From contig JAKSOL010000001.1 of the NCBI GenBank assembly GCA_024405635.1, positions 128,001-192,000 on the forward strand: a stretch of 64,000 bases of DNA, read 5' to 3'. The notes below the pieces were generated by a model. The model had not been told where the DNA came from, did not search any database, and worked only from the letters and a program-made list of their open reading frames with translations. A program made the translations under genes and the position numbers. Of this stretch, positions 40,695 through 49,505 are shown piece by piece. Each line of letters opens with the position of its first letter. The first letter of the stretch is position 1. This DNA is from Salinivirgaceae bacterium (GTDB lineage Bacteria > Bacteroidota > Bacteroidia > Bacteroidales > SZUA-534).

Positions 40695-41315
40695 ATGAAC
40701 ACAGAACTAGTAAAGTATATTCAGCAGAAAATTTTGCCGCAATATGCCAACTATGATGCAGCACACAATTTGTTGCACATTTCAACTGTTATTGATCAAA
40801 GTATGCAAATGTCTCAACACTATAATGTTGATGTCGATATGGTTTATACCATTGCGGCATATCACGATTTGGGGCAGTGCAAGGGGCGAGAATTACACCA
40901 TATATATTCGGCCCAAATGCTGCTTTCTGATACTGAATTACTGCGTTGGTTTACTTTACAACAAATGCAAACCATGGCCGAAGCGATTGAAGATCATAGG
41001 GCATCGAGCAAAAATGCGCCGCGTAGTGTGTATGGAGTTATTGTGGCTGAGGCCGACCGTTTTATTGAATCGGAAACAATAATCCGTCGTACAATTCAAT
41101 ATGGCTTGGCAAATTATCCACAACTCAATAAGACAGGGCATTATGAGCGTATGTTACATCATTTGCACGAAAAGTATGCTGAAGGTGGATATTTGAAATT
41201 ACTGTCGCCATACTCGCCAAATGCTGTGCGGTTGCAACAACTTCGACAAATAATAGCCAATGAGCAACAACTGCAAATTTTGTTTGACAAAATATGGGAC
41301 GAAGAAACAAAGTAA
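40695..41315 (+). CDS. HD-domain phosphohydrolase
   Basis: AHNLLH, AAYHDLG, EDHRAS and AEADR. Confidence 0.88.
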   Translation: MNTELVKYIQQKILPQYANYDAAHNLLHISTVIDQSMQMSQHYNVDVDMVYTIAAYHDLGQCKGRELHHIYSAQMLLSDTELLRWFTLQQMQTMAEAIEDHRASSKNAPRSVYGVIVAEADRFIESETIIRRTIQYGLANYPQLNKTGHYERMLHHLHEKYAEGGYLKLLSPYSPNAVRLQQLRQIIANEQQLQILFDKIWDEETK

Positions 41316-41323
41316 TACAAGGC

Positions 41324-41950
41324 TTATAATGCCATGTGGATTATCTTTTTGGTTTCGAAAAAAGGTTCGTCAAAGTAACTTGATATAGGTTCAATAGTTG
41401 CTGTGCGTTTGGTTGCAGCAATTTCATCGTCAAAGTCGCCACCTTTTAAATATAAAATACCATTTGCAATCTGATTGTTTTGCTGACTTGATACGCAATG
41501 GCGAACCATGCGGTAAAAAGCATCAAAACGAGTTACTGCGCGGCTAACTACAAAGTCGTATTTGTCTTTAACTTGTTCAACTCTAATATGTTCGGCTTTA
41601 ACATTTGACAAACCAAGAGAGTTGGCTACAGCTTGAACTACAGATATTTTTTTGCCAATACTGTCAATTAAATGAAAATTGCATTCAGGAAACATAATGG
41701 CCAATGGAATGCCCGGAAAGCCACCACCAGTGCCAACATCAAGAATTTTGCTTTGAGGTGCAAATTGGGTAAATTTTGCCAAGGCCAGCGAGTGCAAAAC
41801 ATGATTGGTGTATAAATTGTCAATGTCTTTGCGCGAAATAACATTTATCTTTTCGTTCCACTCGGCATAAAGTGGTTGTAAATTTGCAAAGGCATGTAAC
41901 TGGTTATCAGTTAATTGTGGAAAGTACTTGCTTATCACTTCAACATTCAT
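41324..41950 (-). CDS. rsmG: 16S rRNA m7G527 methyltransferase
   Basis: WNEKINVISR, HVLHSL, DVGTGGGFPGIPLAI, VSRAV and LKGG. Confidence 0.96.
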   Translation of the reverse strand: MNVEVISKYFPQLTDNQLHAFANLQPLYAEWNEKINVISRKDIDNLYTNHVLHSLALAKFTQFAPQSKILDVGTGGGFPGIPLAIMFPECNFHLIDSIGKKISVVQAVANSLGLSNVKAEHIRVEQVKDKYDFVVSRAVTRFDAFYRMVRHCVSSQQNNQIANGILYLKGGDFDDEIAATKRTATIEPISSYFDEPFFETKKIIHMAL

Positions 41951-41962
41951 AATGTAGGCAGT

Positions 41963-42586
41963 CTATTGTAATTCGGGGTACTTTGCAATCATGGCATTAA
42001 GCATATCGCGAGCACGCGATAATTGTGCCTTTACTGTTCCAAGTGGAAGTTGCAGTTCTTCCGAAATTTCTTCGTACGATAGTTCTTGAAAATATCGCAG
42101 TTCAACCAATTGAGCGTATTTAGGTTTTAGTTTGCTAACCATTTCGCGCAAAGCACGTTTACGTTGTTCGCTCACCAATGTTTCTTCGGGAGTAAGCATA
42201 TCGCCAGCTACATTGGTTACTGGGTCTATGTTTTCGCCATCAATTTCGTCTTTATGAGGTTCGGCAATGTTAAGTTTGCGAACTTTTTGCCTACGTAAAT
42301 AGTCAATAGCATTGTTTGTTGCAATGCGGAACAACCATGTGCTAAATGCATATTCGGGCGAATAAAGATGAATATTACAAAAAGCTCGGCTAATCGACTC
42401 CATTGTCAAATCTTCGGCATCGGTCTCGTTGTGCACAAGTTTCAATGTCATAAAGTGAATGGTGTCTTTATATCGCGACATAAGTTTGGTAAAAGCAGTT
42501 TGGTCGCCACTTTGTGCTTGTTGAACAAGTACAAGGTCTCGGCGTGCCTTTTCCGATAGGTTGGGATTTACTTCCTGTTGCGACAT
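41963..42586 (-). CDS. ECF-type RNA polymerase sigma factor
   Basis: AFSTWLFRIATNNAIDYLR and LSYEEISEELQLPLGTVKAQLSRAR. Confidence 0.93.
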   Translation of the reverse strand: MSQQEVNPNLSEKARRDLVLVQQAQSGDQTAFTKLMSRYKDTIHFMTLKLVHNETDAEDLTMESISRAFCNIHLYSPEYAFSTWLFRIATNNAIDYLRRQKVRKLNIAEPHKDEIDGENIDPVTNVAGDMLTPEETLVSEQRKRALREMVSKLKPKYAQLVELRYFQELSYEEISEELQLPLGTVKAQLSRARDMLNAMIAKYPELQ

Positions 42587-43701
42587 TTGATTTGATAGTT
42601 TGAAAAACTAACTGCTGCGTAAAACAGCGGCATAATGAGGTCAAATATAGGAATAAAAAGCCAAAAACCTTTCTCGCCAAACTTGCGCATATTTATTTTA
42701 TACACAATCATTTGTATCAAAAAACGAACTCCAAAGCCTATCAATGCATATTCATACATTTGCAAAGGCCATATTAGAATTATGATTGAAGCATAAAAAA
42801 CAAATTTGCCAATTGAGTCAACTGCTAACAATATTTTTGAACCAAAACGATAGCGAGGCCATGTGGTTATGTGGCGGCTTTTTTGTTTAAACCAACCAAT
42901 AAATGTTTCTGGTTGATATGAAATGGTTTTGCTTTCTTTTGATGCTACAATTTTGGTGTTTTTGCGAGTGCCATGTTCGTTTACAAACAAATCGTCGTCG
43001 CCTGAAATAATGTTGTAGTGCGATTGAAAGCCCTTGCTGTTAAGAAATAGCGATTTGGTGTACGACATGTTTCGCCCAACTCCCATATAGGGGTGGCGAG
43101 TTCTGGCTAGCCCCAAATAATTCATTGCGATTGACAAAGTATCAAATCGAATAAGTTTATCAAGCAGCCCTTTGCAAGGCTTGTAGCCTCCGTATCCTAA
43201 CACAATTTCGGTGTTGTTTGTGTAGCTTGCTGCAACTTGTTTTAACCATTGGTTTGATGCAGGTTGGCAATCGGCATCAATAAAAACAATGTGCTCATAT
43301 TTTGCCGATTTTACACCAATTGTAATAGCCAATTTTTTTCCATGCATAAACTTGCGGTCGGGGTCAATGTTTGTGTGTCGCAGGTTTGTGTATCTGCGTT
43401 CCATTTCGGCCAACACAATTATGGTTTCGTCTTCAGAACAGTCGTTTACAACAATCACTTCAAATTCGTTGTAATCTTGCTCGCATACTATTGGGAGCAT
43501 TTCCTTAAGGTTGGCATCTTCATTTCGCGCGCAAATAACCACACTTAATGGCTGAAAATTTGCGCTATTGGTTTGAGGAGCGCGAGTTGCTGCCAAAAAA
43601 ATGTATCGTATAAATCGACCAAGTTGTTGTAGCAACGCCAATGTAAGTGCTGCTAAAACTGCAAGTTGAATAGGATTGAAGTAGGTTAAAAGATAATCCA
43701 C
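42568..43701 (-). CDS. GT2 family glycosyltransferase, membrane-bound
   Basis: SVVICARNE, VNDCSED, DADC, SGDDDL and QKSRH; GTG 43701 is the likely start. Confidence 0.88.
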   Translation of the reverse strand: MDYLLTYFNPIQLAVLAALTLALLQQLGRFIRYIFLAATRAPQTNSANFQPLSVVICARNEDANLKEMLPIVCEQDYNEFEVIVVNDCSEDETIIVLAEMERRYTNLRHTNIDPDRKFMHGKKLAITIGVKSAKYEHIVFIDADCQPASNQWLKQVAASYTNNTEIVLGYGGYKPCKGLLDKLIRFDTLSIAMNYLGLARTRHPYMGVGRNMSYTKSLFLNSKGFQSHYNIISGDDDLFVNEHGTRKNTKIVASKESKTISYQPETFIGWFKQKSRHITTWPRYRFGSKILLAVDSIGKFVFYASIIILIWPLQMYEYALIGFGVRFLIQMIVYKINMRKFGEKGFWLFIPIFDLIMPLFYAAVSFSNYQIKCRNRK

Positions 43702-43897
43702 GAGGTACTTATTTTTTATGTTGCGAATGTATGCGAAAAAATAAAAGTACACTATATAAATATTGTAGTGGTGTGCGTGTAAAAATGATGATATTTGACA
43801 TTTTGCACACATATAATGTACATTTAAGTAGAATTTTCTTTCAAAAAATGGAAAATAGTTGTGTGATTTTTAAACAACTGTTTTAATTTTGCAAACG

Positions 43898-43962
43898 CAA
43901 GTAGTTAGTAATTATTGTTAATAGTTAAGGGTTGGACGCCGTGAGGTTTCCAGCCCTTTTTT
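43898..43962 (+). ncRNA. Candidate orphan small RNA (about 65 nt)
   Basis: TAATTTTG -7 box at 43884-43891 with TTG about 22 bp upstream. It is followed by a short U/A/G-rich tract, the hairpin AAGGGTTGGA-CGCCGTGAGGTT-TCCAGCCCTT and a U-tract. No ORF. Confidence 0.5.
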
Positions 43963-44031
43963 ATTTTCTCGTATTTGAAAACATTGTTCATTACTTGTTG
44001 CCCGTAAATTGTGAGCAAAAAGCCTAAAGGT

Positions 44032-44039
44032 TAACTTTG
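44032..44039 (+). promoter_or_regulatory. -7 box (TAACTTTG) for prfB
   Basis: TAnnTTTG 23 bp upstream of ATG 44063, with TTGTG at 44009. Confidence 0.65.
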
Positions 44040-44062
44040 CCCACACTAAAGTATTTTCGAAA

Positions 44063-45176
44063 ATGGTTTTACCAGAACAACTAAAGGATATTGTAAGACG
44101 CTGTGAGGCGTTGAGGAGGCATCTTTGACATAGATGCTCGTAGAATTGAATTAGAAGAAGAAGAACAAAAAAGTCATGCACCCGACTTTTGGGACGACCC
44201 TAAAAAGGCCGAGTCGCAACTCAAAAAAATAAGCGGAATAAAATCGTGGATAACATCGTATGACGAGGTAAAAACCTTGACCGACGACTTGCAGGTTTTG
44301 ATTGACTTTTTTGAGGCTGGCGAAAGTACCGAGGCTGAGATAGACGAACACTATGCTCAAACTCTTGCAAAAATTGAAACCCTAGAGTCGCGTAACATGT
44401 TGCGTCGCGAAGAGGACCATTTAAGTGCCATAGTTAAGTTGAACGCTGGTGCAGGTGGAACCGAAAGTCAAGATTGGACCGAAATGCTGATGCGAATGTA
44501 TATTCGTTGGGGTGAAAAAAACGGCTACCGAGTTCGCGAAATGAACTACCAACCAGGCGACGACGCTGGAGTGAAGCAAGTTACACTTGAAATAGAAGGC
44601 GATTATGCGTATGGATATTTGAAAGGCGAAAACGGAGTTCACCGTTTGGTACGCATCTCTCCATTCAATGCTCAAGGCAAACGTCAAACTTCGTTTTCAT
44701 CGGTTTTTGTTACACCATCAATCGATGACGACATTGAAATTAACGTAAACACGTCGGCCATTACTTGGGACACATTCCGATCAAGCGGAGCTGGTGGCCA
44801 AAACGTTAACAAAGTTGAATCGGGCGTGCGTTTGCACTACAAATTCATCAATCCATTGACAAACGAAGAAGACGAAATTGTGATTGAAAACACCGAAACG
44901 CGCGACCAACCTAAAAACAAAGAGAACGCCATTCGATTGCTAAAATCACAACTTTATAATTTAGAACTTGAAAAACGCAGAGCCGAAACAGCGAAAATTG
45001 AGGCAGGAAAGAAAAAAATAGAGTGGGGCTCGCAAATAAGATCGTACGTACTGCATCCATATAAACTGATAAAAGATGTGCGCACAAACTACGAAACATC
45101 AAACGTGCAGGCAGTGCTCGATGGTGAGTTAAACGACTTTATTAAAGCCTATTTGATGGAATTTGGCGACGAATAG
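44063..45176 (+). CDS. prfB: Peptide chain release factor 2 with programmed +1 frameshift (join 44063-44125, 44127-45176)
   Basis: ATG 44063 leads to CTT TGA C at 44123-44129 with AGGAGG at 44114-44119. The +1 frame contains SPF and GAGGQ and ends WGSQIRSY. Confidence 0.97.
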
Positions 45177-45235
45177 AAAATGAGTCTTTCATATAAATTG
45201 TTACTTTTATGCGCTTTTTTTACACACCAATAAAT

Positions 45236-45700
45236 ATGAAAAACAAACAACATCTGATACTAGGTTTGGCAATAACTACAATAGTTTTACTGATGCCTTC
45301 ATTTGCATCGGCACAATGTGGTTTGGCCTTGAAAGATGAGGTGCTTAAAGAAATTGGACAATCAACTTATTTAAAAGATTTTCGTGTAAAACTAGAAAAC
45401 ACTCCAGCCCAAAAGAAAGCAGGAGGAAAAGAAACCTTTCAAATATTGTTAAACAAAGGAACACACTATCGTTTTAATGTTAAAGCCGACTCTAGTTTGA
45501 ACGACCAAGTAATACTCAAATTATACGATTTTACTAAAGACTATGGTAGCAACTACGACCAATCAGATGGTACATCGTATGAATTTTTTGATTTCTTCTG
45601 TGCAAAAACTCAAGTTTACTTCATATCAATCTCATTTGCCGAAGGGCAATTAGGTTGCGCAGCGGCAATTTTGTCGTATGTGCAGAAGTATGAGCAATAA
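45236..45700 (+). CDS. Small exported hypothetical protein (distant similarity to 29312..29737)
   Basis: Signal peptide ending ASA-Q; T.YR...LYD...SN...F.F pattern shared with 29312. Confidence 0.7.
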   Translation: MKNKQHLILGLAITTIVLLMPSFASAQCGLALKDEVLKEIGQSTYLKDFRVKLENTPAQKKAGGKETFQILLNKGTHYRFNVKADSSLNDQVILKLYDFTKDYGSNYDQSDGTSYEFFDFFCAKTQVYFISISFAEGQLGCAAAILSYVQKYEQ

Positions 45701-45711
45701 ATAGTTTGCAT

Positions 45712-45750
45712 AAAAAAAAGCCTTCGTTATTAAGTAACGAAGGCTTTTTT
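45712..45750. terminator. Intrinsic terminator
   Basis: AAAAAAGCCTTCGTTA-TTAAG-TAACGAAGGCTTTTTT. Confidence 0.85.
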
Positions 45751-45843
45751 GTTAAAAAATATGTCAAAAAGCAACTATTGACAATAGTTTTTACATACAT
45801 TTGAGCAAATGACATTCACTAATCATATTTAATAACATCCCTT

Positions 45844-48573
45844 ATGGATCAGAAAAAACGTGTTTACACCTTTGGAAACGGAAAAGCTGAAGGTAATGCC
45901 CAAATGCGCGAGCAATTGGGAGGTAAAGGCGCTAACTGCGCCGAAATGAACTTGATTGGAGTACCAGTGCCTCCTGGTTTCACCATTACAACCGATGTTT
46001 GTAACGAATATTATGAGGTTGGTCAAGACAAAATAATGCAAATCCTTGACAGCGATGTAAAAGCAGCTGTTAAGCATATTGAAAACTTGATGAACTGCAA
46101 GTTTGGCGACCCTCAAAACCCTTTGTTGGTAAGCGTTCGCTCTGGTGCACGTGCATCAATGCCAGGTATGATGGACACCATTCTTAACCTTGGTTTGAAC
46201 GACACAGTTGCCGAGGGTATGGTTAAAAAAACAAACAACCCACACTTTGTTTACGACTCGTATCGTCGTTTTGTACAAATGTATGGCGACGTTGTTCTTG
46301 GTCTTAAACCTGTTAACAAAGAAGATATTGACCCATTTGAGGCCATTATTGAAAAGGTGAAAAAAGAGCAAGGCGTAGTTCTTGACAAAGATCTTTCAGT
46401 TGAAAGTTTGAAGAAACTTGTTGAGTTGTTTAAAAAGGCGATTAAAGATCAAACTGGAAAAGATTTCCCAACCGATCCAATGGAGCAACTTTGGGGAGCC
46501 ATTTGCGCCGTGTTCCGTAGCTGGATGAACGAACGCGCCATTCTTTATCGTAAAATGGAAGGTATTCCTGATGAATGGGGAACAGCCGTATCGGTAATGG
46601 CAATGGTGTTTGGTAACATGGGCGAAACATCGGCAACCGGTGTTTGCTTTAGCCGTGATGCCGGAAATGGCGAAAACATTTTTAACGGTGAGTATTTGAT
46701 TAATGCTCAAGGCGAAGATGTTGTTGCTGGTATTCGTACTCCACAACAAATTACCAAAATAGGTTCGCAACGTTGGGCTGAGCGTGCAGGTATTAGCGAA
46801 GAAGAGCGTGTTGCTAAATATCCATCAATGGAAGAGGCAATGCCAGAGTTGTACAAACAACTTGACGATATTCAAACAAAACTTGAAAACCACTATCGCG
46901 ATATGCAAGATATGGAGTTTACCGTTCAAGAAGGCAAACTTTGGTTCTTGCAAACTCGTAATGGTAAACGTACAGGTACCGCAATGGTAAAAATTGCAAT
47001 GGACCTAGTTCGCGAAGGCTTAATTGACGAAAAAACCGCCATTATGCGTTGCGAACCACAAAAACTCGACGAGTTGCTTCACCCTGTGTTTGACAAAGCT
47101 GCATTGAAAGCAGCTAAAGTAATTACACAAGGTTTGCCAGCTTCGCCAGGTGCAGCGTGTGGTCAAATTGTATTCCACGCCGACGACGCACAAGCTTGGC
47201 ACGAAAACGGACATAAAGTAATTATGGTTCGTATTGAAACTAGCCCAGAGGACCTTGCTGGTATGAGCGCTGCTGAAGGTATTCTTACCGCACGCGGAGG
47301 TATGACTAGCCATGCTGCAGTTGTGGCTCGTGGTATGGGTAAATGCTGCGTTTCTGGTGCCGGTGCTATTAACGTAAACTACAAAACTAAAACCGTTGAA
47401 ATTGAAGGAGTAACCTATAAAGAGGGCGACTATCTTTCACTTAATGGTTCAACCGGTCAAGTTTATGCAGGCGAAATACCAACAAAGGCTGCAGAACTTT
47501 CGGGCGACTTTAAAGCTTTGATGGATTTGTGCGACAAATACACCAAACTACAAGTTCGTACCAATGCAGACACTCCACACGATGCTCAAGTTGCTCGTGC
47601 TTTTGGAGCAAAAGGTATTGGTTTGACTCGTACCGAGCACATGTTCTTCGACGACCAAAAAATTATTGCAATGCGCGAAATGATTCTAGCAAAAGATTCG
47701 GCTGGACGTGAAAAAGCATTGGCAAAATTGTTGCCTTACCAAAAATCCGATTTCAAAGGCATTCTTGAGGCAATGGACGGTTGCCCAGTTAACATCCGAT
47801 TGCTCGACCCACCATTGCATGAGTTTGTTCCTCACGATTTGAAAGGTCAAGAGGTTATGGCAAACGAAATGGGTATTTCGGTTGAGGATATCAAAAAACG
47901 TGTTGCATCGTTGGCAGAAAACAACCCAATGCTAGGACACCGTGGTTGCCGTTTGGGTATTACATTCCCAGAGATTACTGCAATGCAAACCCGTGCAATA
48001 CTTAGCGCAGCTTGCGAGTTGAAAAAAGAAGGCAAAAATCCAGTGCCAGAAATTATGGTTCCATTGGTAGGTATTCTTTACGAGTTGAAACAACAAAAAG
48101 AGATTATTAAGAAAACCGCTGCAGAAGTATTTGCAGAATATGGAATATCTCTTGAATTCGAAATTGGTACAATGATTGAGATTCCTCGTGCAGCATTGAC
48201 TGCCGACCGCATTGCAACCGAGGCTGAATACTTCTCGTTTGGTACTAACGACTTGACTCAAATGACCTTTGGCTACAGCCGCGACGATATTGCTTCGTTT
48301 GTTCCAGTTTATTTGGAAAAGAAAATTTTGAAAGCCGATCCATTTGCTGTGCTTGACCAAAATGGTGTGGGACAACTTATTGAGATGGCAGTAGAGAAAG
48401 GTCGTAACATTCGTCCAAACTTGCGTACAGGTATTTGCGGTGAGCACGGTGGCGAACCAAGTTCAGTTAAATTCTGCGCTCGCGTTGGAATGAACTACGC
48501 ATCTTGCTCGCCATTCCGTGTGCCAATTGCACGTTTGGCTGCTGCTCAAGCTGCTGTTGAAGACGCTGAATAG
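45844..48573 (+). CDS. ppdK: Pyruvate, phosphate dikinase
   Basis: GGKGAN, SVRSGARASMPGMMDT, GGMTSHAAVVARG (phospho-His) and GICGEHGG. Confidence 0.98.
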   Translation: MDQKKRVYTFGNGKAEGNAQMREQLGGKGANCAEMNLIGVPVPPGFTITTDVCNEYYEVGQDKIMQILDSDVKAAVKHIENLMNCKFGDPQNPLLVSVRSGARASMPGMMDTILNLGLNDTVAEGMVKKTNNPHFVYDSYRRFVQMYGDVVLGLKPVNKEDIDPFEAIIEKVKKEQGVVLDKDLSVESLKKLVELFKKAIKDQTGKDFPTDPMEQLWGAICAVFRSWMNERAILYRKMEGIPDEWGTAVSVMAMVFGNMGETSATGVCFSRDAGNGENIFNGEYLINAQGEDVVAGIRTPQQITKIGSQRWAERAGISEEERVAKYPSMEEAMPELYKQLDDIQTKLENHYRDMQDMEFTVQEGKLWFLQTRNGKRTGTAMVKIAMDLVREGLIDEKTAIMRCEPQKLDELLHPVFDKAALKAAKVITQGLPASPGAACGQIVFHADDAQAWHENGHKVIMVRIETSPEDLAGMSAAEGILTARGGMTSHAAVVARGMGKCCVSGAGAINVNYKTKTVEIEGVTYKEGDYLSLNGSTGQVYAGEIPTKAAELSGDFKALMDLCDKYTKLQVRTNADTPHDAQVARAFGAKGIGLTRTEHMFFDDQKIIAMREMILAKDSAGREKALAKLLPYQKSDFKGILEAMDGCPVNIRLLDPPLHEFVPHDLKGQEVMANEMGISVEDIKKRVASLAENNPMLGHRGCRLGITFPEITAMQTRAILSAACELKKEGKNPVPEIMVPLVGILYELKQQKEIIKKTAAEVFAEYGISLEFEIGTMIEIPRAALTADRIATEAEYFSFGTNDLTQMTFGYSRDDIASFVPVYLEKKILKADPFAVLDQNGVGQLIEMAVEKGRNIRPNLRTGICGEHGGEPSSVKFCARVGMNYASCSPFRVPIARLAAAQAAVEDAE

Positions 48574-48594
48574 CATTTTAAACTTCAGTATAAT

Positions 48595-48632
48595 AAAAGC
48601 TCCTTTGGCTCTTTGTCAAAGGGGCTTTTTTT
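48595..48632 (+). terminator. Intrinsic terminator of ppdK
   Basis: AAAAGCTCCTTTG...CAAAGGGGCTTTTTTT. Confidence 0.8.
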
Positions 48633-48658
48633 GTTTCTTTTACAAAAAATAGAGCAAT

Positions 48659-49471
48659 ATGAACGAGAAAGTAAAAATAATGATGCTTGCGTGTGTGTTG
48701 ATGTTTGCGCAAGGTGTTAAAGCTCAAAACCATGCGTTTGCATCGGGCGAAAACATAAAAATGACAATTAGTTACACGCTAGGCTTTATTGAAGTGCGTG
48801 CTGCCCAAGCCAACATAACAGCAAATTGTTGTATTTACGAGGGCCAAGATGCTATGAATTTGGAACTTGCGGGCAAAACAATAAAGGCATTTAAGGCTTT
48901 CAACATTCGCGATACCTTGCGCGCCAAGGTCGATCCCTTTACTCTAATGCCTAAATTTACTCAAGTTCAGTCGCACGAAGACGATTATTACGCATCGTAT
49001 CAAACAACCTATGGCACTACTGATGACGGTAAAAATTTTGCTCGTGTTAAGAAATACAAACGCGACGGTTTGCGCAAAGACACTACAATTTATTCCGATA
49101 AAATGTATCTTGACGTTATGTCCATTTTGTTTCAGTTGCGTAACGTCGATTTTAATAAACTGACAAAGAATCAGCGAACCCCAATGCCTGCCATTTTTCA
49201 AGACGATTTGTTTGACCTTTATTGGCGTTATGCAGGAAAGGAAAAAATTACAATACGCAAAGGCGAAACATACAATTGCGTTAAAGTGTGCCCGTGTTTT
49301 GTTGAGGGCACGTTGTTTGACAAAGGTGAGGTAATGACCATTTGGCTTACCGACGATAAAAATCACATGCCGGTTCTTATTGAATCGAAACTGAAAATTG
49401 GCAGCATACGAGTGGTTATGGAATCGGTAAAAGGCAATAAATATCCGTTTACATCGCGAGAAACTAATTAG
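48659..49471 (+). CDS. DUF3108 family exported protein
   Basis: Signal peptide; AFASGE, IRDT, and IWLTDDKNHMPV...IGSI pattern. Confidence 0.75.
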   Translation: MNEKVKIMMLACVLMFAQGVKAQNHAFASGENIKMTISYTLGFIEVRAAQANITANCCIYEGQDAMNLELAGKTIKAFKAFNIRDTLRAKVDPFTLMPKFTQVQSHEDDYYASYQTTYGTTDDGKNFARVKKYKRDGLRKDTTIYSDKMYLDVMSILFQLRNVDFNKLTKNQRTPMPAIFQDDLFDLYWRYAGKEKITIRKGETYNCVKVCPCFVEGTLFDKGEVMTIWLTDDKNHMPVLIESKLKIGSIRVVMESVKGNKYPFTSRETN

Positions 49472-49505
49472 TTGGGCTTGTGAGTATTGCCAAACAGCAT
49501 AGTTT

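Noticed and set aside
44277-45176. ORF-track 299-aa protein as a truncated or pseudogenised RF2
   Set aside because: Explained by the programmed +1 frameshift from ATG 44063.
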